Source of the DNA: an uncultured Actinomycetota bacterium
Lineage (GTDB): Bacteria; Actinomycetota; Actinomycetes; Mycobacteriales; Jatrophihabitantaceae
NCBI GenBank assembly: GCA_963764485.1
Contig: CAVXSM010000002.1
Span: forward strand, 18,639 to 82,638
Direction: 5' to 3'
DNA length: 64,000 nt
Part shown: piece after piece, positions 8,919-19,968 of the stretch
Layout: every line of letters starts with the position of its first letter
How positions within the stretch are numbered: position 1 is the first letter of the stretch
Program-made: the position numbers and the translations under genes
Notes under the pieces: generated by a model
Databases searched by the model: none
What the model was told of the DNA's origin: nothing
The model's input: the letters and a program-made list of their open reading frames with translations, nothing else

Positions 8919-10321
8919 TCGAGCCTGACTTCTTCGGCGAGCGCCGACGTCGTCGGGCTCGCCTTCGTCGTCGGGGTCGTCACCAGACGCACGACGCGGA
9001 CGGCGTCGGGCGTCGGCGTCTTCGACGGCACCGGCGCCGGGCCCTTCATCAGCGCCGCGGCGATCGCCTTGTTCCACGCCGCGAGCGTCGGCGAGATCGT
9101 CTTGCCGTTCACCTTGATCGTCGGCGTCCCGTTGACGCCGTCCGGCCGAGGCCCGCTCGGTGATCGCCTGCGACCAGCGCCTTGTGGTCCTCGTTCTGCA
9201 CGCACGCGTCGAACGTGGTCAGCACCGCCCCGTTGAGCCCCGCCGCCTGGGCGTAGGACTCCAGCTTGGTGTTCGATGCGCCCGTGCGAGCCCTCGGCCG
9301 GCTGCACCTGCTTGCCGCTGATCGTCCCGTACAGGACGTTGTGGAACGCCACGAAGTCGTCGACCGACGATGTCGGACGCGCACAGCGCCGCGTTGGCCG
9401 CCCGCGAGGAGTACCGGTTGCCGTTCGAGGACGAGTCCAGGAACGACATCGATGTGGAAGCGCACCTGCGCCTTGTTCGCCCGGACGTCGGCGTCGAGTC
9501 GCTTGCCGACGGCCTTCTCGAAGTCGCAGGCAGTGCGGGCACTGGAAGTCCTCGTAGACGTCGACCGTGGCCGCCGCCTTCTTGCCGAAGACGACGCCGT
9601 TCGCGACCGACGCGTTCGTCGCGGTCAGCGCGCCCTCGATCTTGGCCCGGCCGGACTGCACGCCGATCCCGATCAGCGCGATCAGCACGATGACGACGCG
9701 CCAGCGACGCGTTCAGCCAGAGCGCCCGCTGCGCGCGCCGCCTTGCGCTTCTCCTCGAGCATCGCGTTGTACTTGCGCCGGCCCTGCTCGGTGCGCATCC
9801 GCTTGGCCGACGGCGGCTCGACGTAGTCGTGGCGGGCGAGGAACTCGTCGACCGAGAGCCGGGTGCAGCGACCACACGACGAGGTAGGCCGCAAGGACAG
9901 CAGCCCGAGGTCGCGCAGGATGTCCAGCGTGTAGTTGCGTGCCCGTCCGCGGTCGAGCGCCGCCGCCGCCGAAGCAGCCGCACTCGAGCTTGATGCCGCG
10001 CGCCGCGGCCTCGATGATCCCGATCAGGAACACCACGAACAGCACGCCGAGACGATCGCCGCCATCCGCACCGCGATGCCGAGGATCAGCAGGACGCCGA
10101 GGGAGAGCTCGAGCACCGGCAGCCCGTAGCCGATCGCCTTCGACAGCCACTCGGGCGTCGCGTCGTAGGCCCGCACGGCCTGGAGGAACGTCCGCGGCGA
10201 GCGCAGCTTCGACGCACGCGGCCCAGATCCAGACCACGCCGAGCACGAGCCGGACCAGCGGTGCCGAGCCAGGGACGGAGCGGTCAGCCATCTTCACGAG
10301 CGGCGATTCTGCCTCAGACAC
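8919..10321 (-). CDS. MauE/DoxX membrane protein apparently fused to a DsbA-like thioredoxin domain (several indels; 3' end approximate)
   Basis: AVRAY...LPVLELSLG...ARGIKLECGCFGGGG...ILRD (MauE), then a TM segment, DVYEDFQCPHC and GVNGTPT (DsbA). Confidence 0.7.
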
Positions 10322-10322
10322 G

Positions 10323-10960
10323 TCAGGACGATCCTTCGCCACGAGCGGCAGGTCGTGGGCCATCTGTTGTCTGCTCGGTGGTGCTCTGCAGGAACGTCAC
10401 GCGCGCGTAGTCGTCCGGGCCGTAGAGCAGCACCTGCGCCGAGTGCGTCTGGCCGCCGTCCTCGGCCACCGTGACGTGCGCCGCCGCCTGCGCCGCGTCG
10501 ATCTGCGCCTGCGTGCCGCGCAGCCCGACCCACGTCGCCCTCGAGCCGGCCGAGAAGTTCGCCAGCCACTGCTCGATCACCGGCGCGGTGTCGTGCTTGA
10601 CGTCGGTCGTCACGAACACGACGTAGGTCTGCGCCGCCACCGCCGCCGGCACCTTCTTCAGCGCGACCGCGATGTCGGCCATCGTCTCCGGGCAGACGTC
10701 CGGGCAGTGGGTGTAGCCGAAGTACAGCAGCGTCGGGTGCTCCGGCCGTCGCGCGTCCCGAACGCGAACGGTCTTGCCGCTGGTGTCGGTCAGCGTGAAG
10801 GACGGCCGCGGCTGCGGCGGCGTCAGCCCCGCGCCCTGGTACGGCCCGGCCTGGTTCTGCCCGATCAGCTCGGACGGCTTCGGCTTGCCGACGCCGCTGC
10901 TCGAGCAGCCGGCCACCAGCAGCGAGCGCGGCCAGCAGCGAGCAGCGAGCGGCGGATCAC
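10323..10960 (-). CDS. SCO1/SenC family copper lipoprotein (indels)
   Basis: Lipobox LVAGC; YFGYTHCPDVCP; conserved distal His (THSAQV). Confidence 0.88.
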
Positions 10961-11488
10961 GAGTGGGCTCCTGACGGTGTCGGCGGTCGGCGTTCGGCGC
11001 GCGGCGCACCGAGGGCGATCACCGGGGCGACGACGTCGATCGGCGCCGGCGGTCTCGAAGTCGAGTTCGATGTTGACGGTCTGCCCGGCCTTCAGCGTGC
11101 CGAACAGGTGCTCGATCATCACGTGCCCCTTGCCCGGTGGTCAGCACCAGGCTGCCGTGCGCCGGGATCACGCGCCGTCGGGGCTGGCGCTCATCGAGCC
11201 GTCCGGGTTCACCGTGTGCAGCACGGCCGTCGCGCCCGGCGCCGGTCTGGACGCCGATCAGCCGGTCGGCGGCGTCGGTGGTGTTGTAGACGGTGAAGTA
11301 CGCGGCGGCGATCTTCGGTCGGCGGGACGGGCGCGCGCACGTAGGCGCCGCTGACCACGATCGGCGCCGTGGTCGTGCTGCTCGGCCCGGCGGCGAGCGA
11401 CTGCGGCATCGCGCCGCGGATCAGCCCGGCCGCGCCGACCGCCGCGACCACCACTCCCGCCGGCGACGGCCGGCCAGGGCAGCCTCAC
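10957..11488 (-). CDS. Copper chaperone PCu(A)C family (indels)
   Basis: VSGAYVRAP...AAYFTVYN...D-L..., GHVMIEHL...LKAGQTVNIELDFE; overlaps its neighbours by GTGA. Confidence 0.75.
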
Positions 11489-12169
11489 GTGCTCCTCCGG
11501 GCGCGCGTGACGACGGCCAGCCCGAGCGCGCCGCGGCCAGCACCAGCGCGACGATCGACAGCACGACCGGCCCGGTGTTGCTGGACGAGTCGACGCCTTC
11601 GCCGTCGGACGCGTCGGTCAGCGGCGACTCGGCGGACGTCGGCGGCCAGCGTCAGCACCGGCGCCGGGTGCTCCGGCTCGGCCGACGAGCCCGGCGCGGC
11701 CATCTCGATCCAGCGCACCACCGTGCCGTCGCTGTAGGTCTGCAGCGCCTTGAACGTGAGCGACGACGCGTCCGGCAGCTGCCCGGCGATGATCGTGAAC
11801 TGCCGAACTCCCCCGGCTTGATCCGCCGCCGCGGCACGCGCCGTCCAGGTGATCTGGGAGACGGCCTCGGTGATGTCGCCGTCGTCGGTCGTGATCGGCT
11901 TGGCCAGCTTGCTGGTCTTCTCGGTGTGCGTCCAACCCGGCATCGGCTGCACGTCGACCGACGCGATCGGCGTGGCGGTCGGCAGCTGCACCGACGAGCC
12001 TGGTCGTCGACGACGTCTCCTCTCGACCGGCACCCGGAAGGTGATCACCTGGTCGCTGCCGCCCGGCGTCGCGCCGGGCGACGGTCACGGTGACGTGCGC
12101 CGACGCCGGCCCGGCCAGCGCGAGCAGCGCGACGAGCGCGGCGAGGACGAGCAGGGCGAGGCGTTTCAT
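11485..12169 (-). CDS. YcnI (DUF1775) copper-binding membrane protein (indels)
   Basis: ASAHVTV, ITFRVP, PMPGW, FKALQTYSDGTVVRWIE, PEHPAPVLTL. Confidence 0.88.
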
Positions 12170-12182
12170 CAGAGGCAGCCTT

Positions 12183-13899
12183 TCAGTGCAGGGTCGAGCG
12201 TGACGTCGGTGGTGGTGGCGTCGAAGGTGGACGTGGTGACGACGAGGTCGATCTCCCACGTGCCGGCGACGGGCAGGATGGCGCTGCCGTCGTAGGCGCC
12301 GGCGCCCTCGCGGGTGAGCTTGACCGGCAGCGGCCCGATCTGCTTGCGCTTCTGGGTGGCGGTGGCGGTGATCGACGTGGCGTCGGCGCCGTGGCTCAGC
12401 TCGACGGTGAGGTCGACCGGCCGTGCGTGCCCGGGTCGGCGGTGACGGTGACCGTGCGGCCGCCGCCGAGCGGCGCGGTGGCCGACGACCGGCTCGCGGT
12501 ACGTGCGCGGCCAGCGCCTCCGGCCCGCGCGGCTGGGCGACCAGCACGGCGGTCGAGCACCAGCACGACGCAGCGCCGACCAGCGCCTCGACGAGCACCG
12601 AGCGGCGCAGCCGCTCGGTCGCGACCGGGTCGTCGTCGTCGTCGGTCGGGTCCTCGTCTCGTCGATCAGCAGCGGCGTCGGTCATCGCGTACGCGACCGT
12701 CCGCCGGCGGCACCAGGCGGCGCGACAGGTTGCGCCAGCGCGAGCAGGCCGACGAACAGCACGACCTTGGCCACGCACGAGCAGCCCGTAGGTCGTGCCG
12801 AAGATCGCGTGCGACGGTGCCGATGCCGCGCCACGCCGCGTAGGTGCCGGTGACGCGCGAGGACGACCACCGCGGTGAACGCGACGCGCGAGAACACCGG
12901 CAGCACGGCGCGCAGCTCGTCCGGCTCGCGCCGCGGCAGCACCGCGGCGACGCAGCATGACCAGCCCGCCGACCCACGCCGCCATCGCGAGCAGGTGCAG
13001 CATGTCGAGCGGCGACGACAGCCAGCGCGGCGAGGTGGTGGCGGCGTGCCCGGCGGCGGAGAACGTGCCAGCGCGACGCCGAGCCCGAGCACGCCGGCGA
13101 GCGGCCTCCCACCGGGCCGGGCGGGCGTCGGGCTGCAGCGAGCGGGCGAACAGCAGCGCGAGCACGCCGAGCAGCACCAGCCGGAGGCAGTGCAGCTGCC
13201 CGTAGTCGGTGTGCAGCGTGGCGTCGAGCAGCGACGCGGTGAACAGCTTGACGGCCCGGCGCCGGCCGCGTACGGGCCCTGCAGCAGCAGCTCGAGCAGC
13301 CGCGCCGACGGCGCAGCCCCACCAGCCGGTCCAGACGATGCGGCGGGCGCGGCGGTCGTCGCGTCCGGCCGGCCAGACCGTCAGCAGCAGCCACGCGCCG
13401 CCGAGCAGGGCGAGGCCGGCGAAGGAGATCCAGCGCACGACGTCGAAGGCCGCGCTGGTGCTGCGGTTGCCGGCGCTGCACGCGCTGACGCTGCCGCGCA
13501 CCAGCGCGCCGTTGCCGACGACGAAGCGGATCGTGCCGGCCACCGGGTGCGAGTCGGCCGAGACGACGCGGAAGCTGGCCGTGTACGTGCCGTCGCCGAG
13601 CCCGCTGCGCAGGTGGTCGGCGACCTTCGTGCCGTCGCCGCCGGGGTGGATATGCGTGCGCCGGCGTCGACGCGGCGGCCGGTCTGGTCGGTGACGTGCA
13701 GGTAGCCGACGTCGCCGAGGCCGACGCTCTCGTCGAAGGTGATCGTGACCGTCGTGCGGCGCGGCTTGCAGCCGGGTGCCGTCGGCCGGGTCGGAGGTGA
13801 CGACGGTGGCGTGCGCCGACGCCGGCGCGGCGAGCAGCAGCGCCGCCGCCGAGCAGCCCGGCGAGCAGCACGGCGAGCAGCGCGCCCAGCGCGGATCAC
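12183..13899 (-). CDS. CopC-CopD fusion copper transport protein (indels)
   Basis: [28 protein letters not shown] (CopC); [22 protein letters not shown] (CopD). Confidence 0.88.
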
Positions 13900-14571
13900 G
13901 CGACACCCGCAGGTCGCGTCGGGCGCCGACTGCCCGCGTCCGTCGGCCGCGCGGCGCCCGCTCGCGACCCCGGACGCAGCCGGGCGGCAGCGCGCGCTCG
14001 GCGCGGTCGAGCGCGATCAGCAGCACCAGGCCGATCAGCGCGCCGACGTGCGTGGCCAGCCGGTCGGCGCCCGACCGCCCCGGCCGCGACGTCGCGCACC
14101 GACAGCGCGCCGAGCACGACCAGGAAGGTCGCCAGCAGCGGGATCAGCCCGGCCGCGCGGCGCGGCACCGACGCCGCGGCGACGAACGCGGCCCCGATCG
14201 CCAGGTTCCACGCCGCGGCCTCGTGCGCGGCGTGCGCCGACATCGCCATGCCGATGCTGTCGCCGGTCAGCGCCGGCAGCCCGATCGCGCAGCTGGACCA
14301 GCCCGGCCACGAGCAGCGCCACCGCAGCCAGTGCCGCCGGCGCAGCACCCGGCGGGCGGGCAGCGCGACGTGCGCGGTGATCGCCGTCGGACAGGTCGGG
14401 CACCGGCCGCACGTCCAGGCGGGCCAGCCGGGTGGCGCGGGCGGCGTCCTCGGCCCATCGGGCACAATCGGGGCAGGACGCGAGGTGGTGCGTCGAGCGC
14501 GATGCGGACAGGCCGAGCGGCTCGCCGTCCAGACGGGCCGACACCGCCTCCCGGAACCGGTCACACCTCAC
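13896..14571 (-). CDS. zf-HC2 membrane protein, putative anti-sigma factor (indels)
   Basis: [16 protein letters not shown]...[11 protein letters not shown], followed by TM helices with [14 protein letters not shown]. Confidence 0.8.
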
Positions 14572-14580
14572 GCATGTACT

Positions 14581-14609
14581 AGTCGGATGGACTGGGCGCG
14601 GAAGTTCCC
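14581..14609 (-). promoter_or_regulatory. ECF (SigC-type) promoter for the copper operon
   Basis: GGGAAC-N18-CGACT on the minus strand immediately upstream of the zf-HC2 gene. Confidence 0.55.
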
Positions 14610-14646
14610 GGCGTGGCCGCAGTTCACAGCGCACAGAGACGGGCGC

Positions 14647-15183
14647 ATGGACGACTACGACGAGCTCACCACGGTGGCGCTGCGCGCGCGCCGCGGTGAC
14701 GCCGCCGCGGCCACCGGCCTTCGTCCGGGCCACCCAGGCCGACGTGTGGCGGCTGTGCGCGCACCTCGGCAGCCCGGCCCAGGCCGACGACCTGACCCAG
14801 GAGACCTACGCGCGCGCGTTCGCGTCGCTGCACCGCTTCCTCGGCCGCTCGTCGGCGCGCACCTGGCTGCTGTCGATCGCGCGGCGCGTCTGCGCCGACG
14901 CCGTCCGCGCCGCGCAGCGCGACCGGCGCCTCGACCTGCCGGCCGCCGCGCCCGGTCGCCGACCCCGCCGGCGTCGGTGGCGATGCGCGCGCTGGTCGCC
15001 GGGCTCGAGCCCGAGCGGCGCGAGGCGTTCGTCCTCACCCAGGTGGTCGGGTTGTCCTACGCCGAGGCGGCCGACGTGTGCTCGTGCCCGGTGGGGACGA
15101 TCCGCTCGCGCGTCGCGCGGGCCCGCGCCGACCTGGTCGACGGGCTGGGCGGCGGCGCTCAGTCGCGGACGTCGGCCGGCTGA
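14647..15183 (+). CDS. sigC: ECF sigma factor, SigC-like (indels)
   Basis: [52 protein letters not shown]...[14 protein letters not shown]. Confidence 0.8.
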   Translation: MDDYDELTTVALRARRGDAAAATGLRPGHPGRRVAAVRAPRQPGPGRRPDPGDLRARVRVAAPLPRPLVGAHLAAVDRAARLRRRRPRRAARPAPRPAGRRARSPTPPASVAMRALVAGLEPERREAFVLTQVVGLSYAEAADVCSCPVGTIRSRVARARADLVDGLGGGAQSRTSAG

Positions 15184-15578
15184 GCCGGCTGACCGCCGGC
15201 CGCGGCCCGGGTGGCGCGGGTGACGAAGTGCTCGGCGACGAACGACATCGTCGGGATCGTGCCGGCCAGCATGACCAGCACGTAGCGGGCCAGCGGCCAG
15301 CGCAGCTTGAAGCCCAGCATCGCCGGTGATGATCACGTAGACGAGGTACAGGTAGCCGTGCGCGACCCAGAGGTAGCCGGTGCCGGGCTCGACGTCCAAC
15401 GACGTCGCGTACTTCAGGATCAGCGCGACGGTGCCGGCGAGCAGGACGACGCCGGTGACGAAGGCCATGACCCGGTAGCGCAGCAGCGCGCCGGCCGCCG
15501 CGGCGACCGTCGGCCGCGGGCACCGGCGGCTGGCGGACGTCGAACGGGCCGCTGCCCGGTTGACCGCCGCTCACTCAT
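15159..15578 (-). CDS. DUF3817 family membrane protein (indels)
   Basis: [14 protein letters not shown]...AHGYLYLVY...LAGTIP..SFVAEH. Confidence 0.8.
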
Positions 15579-15977
15579 GCCGCGTCTCCTCGTCCTTGGC
15601 GGCCAGGCCGGCCAGGTAGTCGTTGTAGGCGGCGTGCACCGGGTCGGTCGGCGGCGGGCGCGGTCGGCATCACGTAGCGACGGTAGGCGACCGGCTCGTC
15701 GGGCGCGTCGGCCGGGCTCAGCGGGTGTCGGGGCGGCGCGCACGGCCGCGCCGGTGCGGCGTGGTCGCGCAGCAGCCGCGCCCCAGAAGAAGACGGCGAA
15801 CGCGCGAACAGCCACCACTGGATGGCGTAGCCGAAGTTCTGGATGCTGAAGTGCTTGCGCTCGGACACGTGCAGCTGCCAGCGGCCGAGCAGGACCATCG
15901 TCGACGACGGCGGCCACGATGAACAGGTGCAGCACGAACCAGCCCGGCCGGAGGGCGAAGCGGTACCTGCGCAACAC
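15575..15977 (-). CDS. Conserved membrane protein (GRWQL / QNFGYAIQWW motifs; indels)
   Basis: Motifs typical of the gene found upstream of DUF3817 in actinobacteria. Confidence 0.6.
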
Positions 15978-16007
15978 CCGACAACGGTACGTCGTAATCT
16001 GCAGCAC

Positions 16008-16460
16008 ATGACCCGCTACCAACTCGCGCAGGTCAACATCGGCCTGCCGCTCGAGCCGGTGGAGTCCGAACGGCTGCGCGGCTTCGTCGAGATGCTCGAG
16101 CCGATCAACGCGCTGGCTGACGTCGCCCCCGGCTTCGTCTGGCGGCTGCAGACCGAAGACGGCGACGCCACCGCCATCCGCGCCTTCGATGACGACCGGC
16201 TGATCATGAACATGAGCGTGTGGGAGTCGGTGGAGACGTTCGCGGCGTTCGTGTACGGGCCGGAGCACAGCGCGGTGATGCGCCAGCGCAAGCAGTGGTT
16301 CACCACGATGCGGGTCTACACCTGCGCGTGGTGGATCCCGGCCGGCACGCTGCCCACGCCGGCCGACGCGGTTTCGCGGTTGGACACGGTGCGCCGGCTC
16401 GGCCCGACGCCCGAGGCGTTCACCGTGGCCAAGCCGTTCCGCCGCCCGGCTCGACCGTGA
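16008..16460 (+). CDS. DUF3291 domain protein
   Basis: LAQVNI...INALADVAPGFVWRLQ...NMSVWES...WWIPAG. Confidence 0.85.
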   Translation: MTRYQLAQVNIGLPLEPVESERLRGFVEMLEPINALADVAPGFVWRLQTEDGDATAIRAFDDDRLIMNMSVWESVETFAAFVYGPEHSAVMRQRKQWFTTMRVYTCAWWIPAGTLPTPADAVSRLDTVRRLGPTPEAFTVAKPFRRPARP

Positions 16461-16538
16461 CGCCGGAGATCCGCGCGGCTGGTCCTGCCCCGTCTGAATC
16501 AGCGCGGCATTCGAACATTCGTTTGCTAGCGTGGGCGG

Positions 16539-17176
16539 ATGACGGCGGTGGCGTTCCAGGCCTCGCTGCTCGACGTGCGCCATCGGTCGAGGTCGGCGCG
16601 CTGGGCCCGTCGGTCCGGCGCACCGAGCTCACCGACGGCGCCTGGGTCGACGTCCGGCCGCGCTGGATCGCCGGCGCCGACACCCTGTTCGAGCGGCTGC
16701 ACGACGGCGTCCCCTGGCACGCCGAGCGGCGGCCGATGTACGACCGGGTGGTCGACGTCCCGCGGCTGCTGCAGCTTCTTCGACGAGGGCGAGCCGCTGC
16801 CCGATCCGGCCCTGCGCCGCGGCCAAGGCCGCGCTCGACGCGCACTACGCCGCCGAGCTGGGCGAGCGGTTCGCCACGGCCGGGTCTGTGCCTCTACCGC
16901 GACGGCCGCGACAGCGTCGCCTGGCACGGCGACCGCATCGGCCGCGGCAACACCCACGACACGATGGTCGCGATCATCGTGCTCGGCGCGCCGCGGGCGC
17001 TGCTGCTGCGCCCGCGCGGCGGCGGCGGGCCGACGATCCGGCACGACCTCGGCCACGGCGACCTGCTCGTGATGGGCGGCAGCTGCCAGCGCACGTGGGA
17101 GCACGCCGTGCCCAAGACCGCCCGGCCGGTCGGCCCGCGCATCAGCGTGCAGTTCCGCCCGCGCGGCGTCCGCTGA
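16539..17176 (+). CDS. AlkB family 2OG-Fe(II) dioxygenase (indels)
   Basis: MYDRVVDVPRL, YRDGRDSVAWHGD, HGDLLVMGGSCQRTWEHAVPK, RISVQFR. Confidence 0.88.
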
Positions 17177-17191
17177 CTCTCAAGGCTAGGC

Positions 17192-17237
17192 GTGCTTTCG
17201 AGGGTGTATTACGCGCGTAATACACCCTCGAAAGCAC
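17192..17237. repeat. Perfect 46-bp palindrome between convergent genes
   Basis: GTGCTTTCGAGGGTGTATTACGC|GCGTAATACACCCTCGAAAGCAC with no spacer. Confidence 0.95.
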
Positions 17238-17250
17238 CACACGTTCCCGG

Positions 17251-18144
17251 TCAGAGGTGCGCGGCGGGGCGGTCAGACCGGGTCATTGCGCCGCCGACGC
17301 GGGTGGCGGTCACCGCCCCGGACTCATCCACCAGCGCTTCTGCCGTGATCATGGACGGACGGCCCATGGCCCGGCCCTGCGCGATCCGCCAGCGCCGCCA
17401 TCCCGCGCCCCCGCCGTCCGGTGCAGCGCCGTCGAGCGCAGCCAGGTGGGCGCCGAGCGCGCAGGCCGCCACTCCGGTCGCCGGATCCTCCGCGTAGCCC
17501 GCCCGCACCGGGAACTGGCGAGCGGCGAGATCGGCGCCGGTGGCGTCGACCGTGAACGGGTAGCAGCCGGTGACGTCGAGGTCGTCGCACACCGTCCACA
17601 GCGCTTCGAAGTCCGGCGCCAAGGCGTCCAATAAGCCCTCGTCGCGCAGCGGGACCATCAGCTTGGGCCGGGCGGTCGACACCGAGCGGATCGGCCCAGC
17701 GCCGAGGGCGCCGTCGTCCACGCCGAGCGCGGCCAGCACCCGCGCCCGCTGCTCGGCCGTCAGCTCGGCCCCGAAGGTCGGCGCGAACTGCTGCACCGTC
17801 GCCGCCGTGCTGTCCCACCGCACGTCGAGCCGGCCGAGCGGCGTCTCGACCCGGGCCGGGTTGTTCGGCAGCCGCGCCTGCTGGCCGAGGAACACGGTCG
17901 CCGCCACCGTGGCGTGCACGCACATCTCCATCTCGTGGCGCGGGACGAAGTAGCGCAATCGCACGTCGCCGCCCGCCGCCGGCGGCAGCACGAACACCGT
18001 CTCGGCCCCGAACTCGGCGGCCGCGGCCTGCATTCGATCGAGCGGCCAGCCGTCGGCGCCGAAGACGATCGGGCACGGATTCCCGCCGTCCGGACCGTCG
18101 GCGAACACCGTCGTCCAGACGACATCGGGTTCGAAGCGGTCCAC
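17251..18144 (-). CDS. PhzF family isomerase
   Basis: GGNP, ETVFV, EMEMCVHAT, ARQF...EDPATG, QGRAMGRPS. Confidence 0.9.
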   Translation of the reverse strand: MDRFEPDVVWTTVFADGPDGGNPCPIVFGADGWPLDRMQAAAAEFGAETVFVLPPAAGGDVRLRYFVPRHEMEMCVHATVAATVFLGQQARLPNNPARVETPLGRLDVRWDSTAATVQQFAPTFGAELTAEQRARVLAALGVDDGALGAGPIRSVSTARPKLMVPLRDEGLLDALAPDFEALWTVCDDLDVTGCYPFTVDATGADLAARQFPVRAGYAEDPATGVAACALGAHLAALDGAAPDGGGAGWRRWRIAQGRAMGRPSMITAEALVDESGAVTATRVGGAMTRSDRPAAHL

Positions 18145-18197
18145 GTACGCAGAATATGACGGCGCGCTCAGGTCGGTCCGTGTGATACCCAGCAGGG

Positions 18198-18911
18198 GTG
18201 AGCATCGACGGCGCGCGCATCCGCCCCCGATTCGCGCAGCTTGTCGTCTCCTGCGTCGTGCTCGGCATCGGCGTCGGACTACTGCTGTCGGCCGCCCTCG
18301 GCTCGGACGGCTTCTCCACCCTCGTCAACGGCCTCGCCATCGCGACCTCGGTGCCCTTCGTCGCGGTCAACTGCGCGGTGGGGGCGGTCTTCGTCGTGCT
18401 GGCGTGGTCGCGCGGCGTCACGCCGGGCTGGGGCACGATCGTGCAACCGGTGGTCGTCGGCGCCACGATCACCGGCGCGCTGGCCGTGGTCGATGAGCCG
18501 CACGCGCTGCTGCTGCGGGCGCTGCTGCTGGTGGCAGCCGTCCCGGTGCTGGTCGTCGGCGTGGCCGGGTATCTCGGCAGCGGCGCCGGCGCCGGACCCA
18601 GCGAGGCGGTGGCGCTCGCCTTCGACCCGCCGGTGCCGTTCCGCTGGAGCTACTCGGTGCTGCAGGGCGGCGGGGCCGTCGCCGGATGGCTGTTGGGTGC
18701 AGCCATCGGTCCCGGCACGCTACTGGTGATCTTCCTGCTCGGCCCGGCCGTCGATCTGGTGTCGCGGCGGATTCGCTTCCTCGACATTCACGCCTCGTCC
18801 GGCGACCGCAGCCCGCGGTCGGCCGGCCCGGCCAGCCAGGCCCGCACCAGGTCGGTGTGCTCCCCCAGCGCTGGCGGTGGCGCGCCGACCGCCACCGGTG
18901 ACGTCTGGTAG
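18198..18911 (+). CDS. YczE/YyaS/YitT-like membrane protein
   Basis: Multi-TM; ALGSDG, PGWGT, GAGP and IGPGTL motifs. Confidence 0.75.
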   Translation: MSIDGARIRPRFAQLVVSCVVLGIGVGLLLSAALGSDGFSTLVNGLAIATSVPFVAVNCAVGAVFVVLAWSRGVTPGWGTIVQPVVVGATITGALAVVDEPHALLLRALLLVAAVPVLVVGVAGYLGSGAGAGPSEAVALAFDPPVPFRWSYSVLQGGGAVAGWLLGAAIGPGTLLVIFLLGPAVDLVSRRIRFLDIHASSGDRSPRSAGPASQARTRSVCSPSAGGGAPTATGDVW

Positions 18912-19939
18912 CGCACCGGATGCCGGACCTGGCGGCCCGCCCCCACGTCGATCACCGGCTCCAGCCCGTACTCGGTCGCCCGGGCGAAGGCCGACGCGAT
19001 GTCACCCACCGGCCCCGCGGCCACATCGGCCGCGGTAAGCCGCTCCTCCCAGGCCGCCGTCGTGTCGCCGCCGAGGCGTACCTCCAGCGCCGCCACCAGC
19101 GCGTCGCGGTTAACCACCCGCTGCGGGTTGGTGGCGAAGCGCGGATCGTCGGCCAGCGCGTCCGCCCCGAGCACCGCGACCAGCCGCCGGAACTGCCCGT
19201 CGTTCCCGCACGCCACCGCGAGCAGCCCGTCCGAGCAGTGCAACGTCTCGTACGGCGCGATCGACGGATGCCGATTGCCCATCGGCCGCGGCGACTCCCC
19301 CGTGGCCAGGTATCCCGCGGCCTGGTTCACCAGCCCGCCGAGCAGGCTGGACAGCAGATCGACCTGGACGTGCTCGCCCCGCCCGCGCCGGCCACGGGCG
19401 TGCAGCGCAGCCAGGATTCCAATGACGGCGTCCTTGCCGGTGAGCACGTCGACCAGCGCCACGCCGACCTTGCGCGGCTCGCCGCCGGCATCGCCGGTGA
19501 CGCTCATCAGCCCGCCCATCGCCTGCACGAGGAAGTCATACCCCGGGCGCTCGACCGCGGCGCCGAAGCCGGTGATCGAGCAGTAGACGACGCCCGGGTT
19601 GCCGGCGGCCACGGTGTCGTAATCGAGGCCGAAGCGGGCCAGGCCGCGCAGGTTATGGACGACCACGTCGGCCCGCCGGGCCAGCTCCTGCGCATGGGTG
19701 CGGTCGGCATCGTCGGCGAGATCCAGGGCCATCCCGAACTTGCCGCGGTTGACGCAGTCGAAGTACGACGACGACGTCGCCGTCCACGGCGGACCCCAGC
19801 TGCGGGTCTCGTCGCCGGCGCCGGGACGCTCGACCTTGACGACGGTCGCGCCGAGATCGGCGAGGGTCATCGTCGCGAGCGGGCCGGCGAGCACCCGGCT
19901 GAAGTCGGCGACGAGCAGTCCGTCCAACAGGCCAGTCAT
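18788..19939 (-). CDS. CaiB/BaiF family CoA transferase
   Basis: DFSRVLAGP...LADLGATVVKVERPGAGDETR, NRGK, PGYD. Confidence 0.93.
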   Translation of the reverse strand: MTGLLDGLLVADFSRVLAGPLATMTLADLGATVVKVERPGAGDETRSWGPPWTATSSSYFDCVNRGKFGMALDLADDADRTHAQELARRADVVVHNLRGLARFGLDYDTVAAGNPGVVYCSITGFGAAVERPGYDFLVQAMGGLMSVTGDAGGEPRKVGVALVDVLTGKDAVIGILAALHARGRRGRGEHVQVDLLSSLLGGLVNQAAGYLATGESPRPMGNRHPSIAPYETLHCSDGLLAVACGNDGQFRRLVAVLGADALADDPRFATNPQRVVNRDALVAALEVRLGGDTTAAWEERLTAADVAAGPVGDIASAFARATEYGLEPVIDVGAGRQVRHPVRYQTSPVAVGAPPPALGEHTDLVRAWLAGPADRGLRSPDEA

Positions 19940-19968
19940 CGCCCCATCAGATCAGGTAGGCCGCGCGG

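Noticed and set aside
7049-17176. Programmed frameshifting or mass pseudogenisation
   Set aside because: Indels are numerous and scattered, without slippery sites or nonsense codons, and motifs are intact; sequencing error is more parsimonious.
18788-18911. 124-bp convergent overlap as a functional feature
   Set aside because: The overlapping tail of the membrane protein is low-information and probably a stop-codon extension, common in high-GC genomes.
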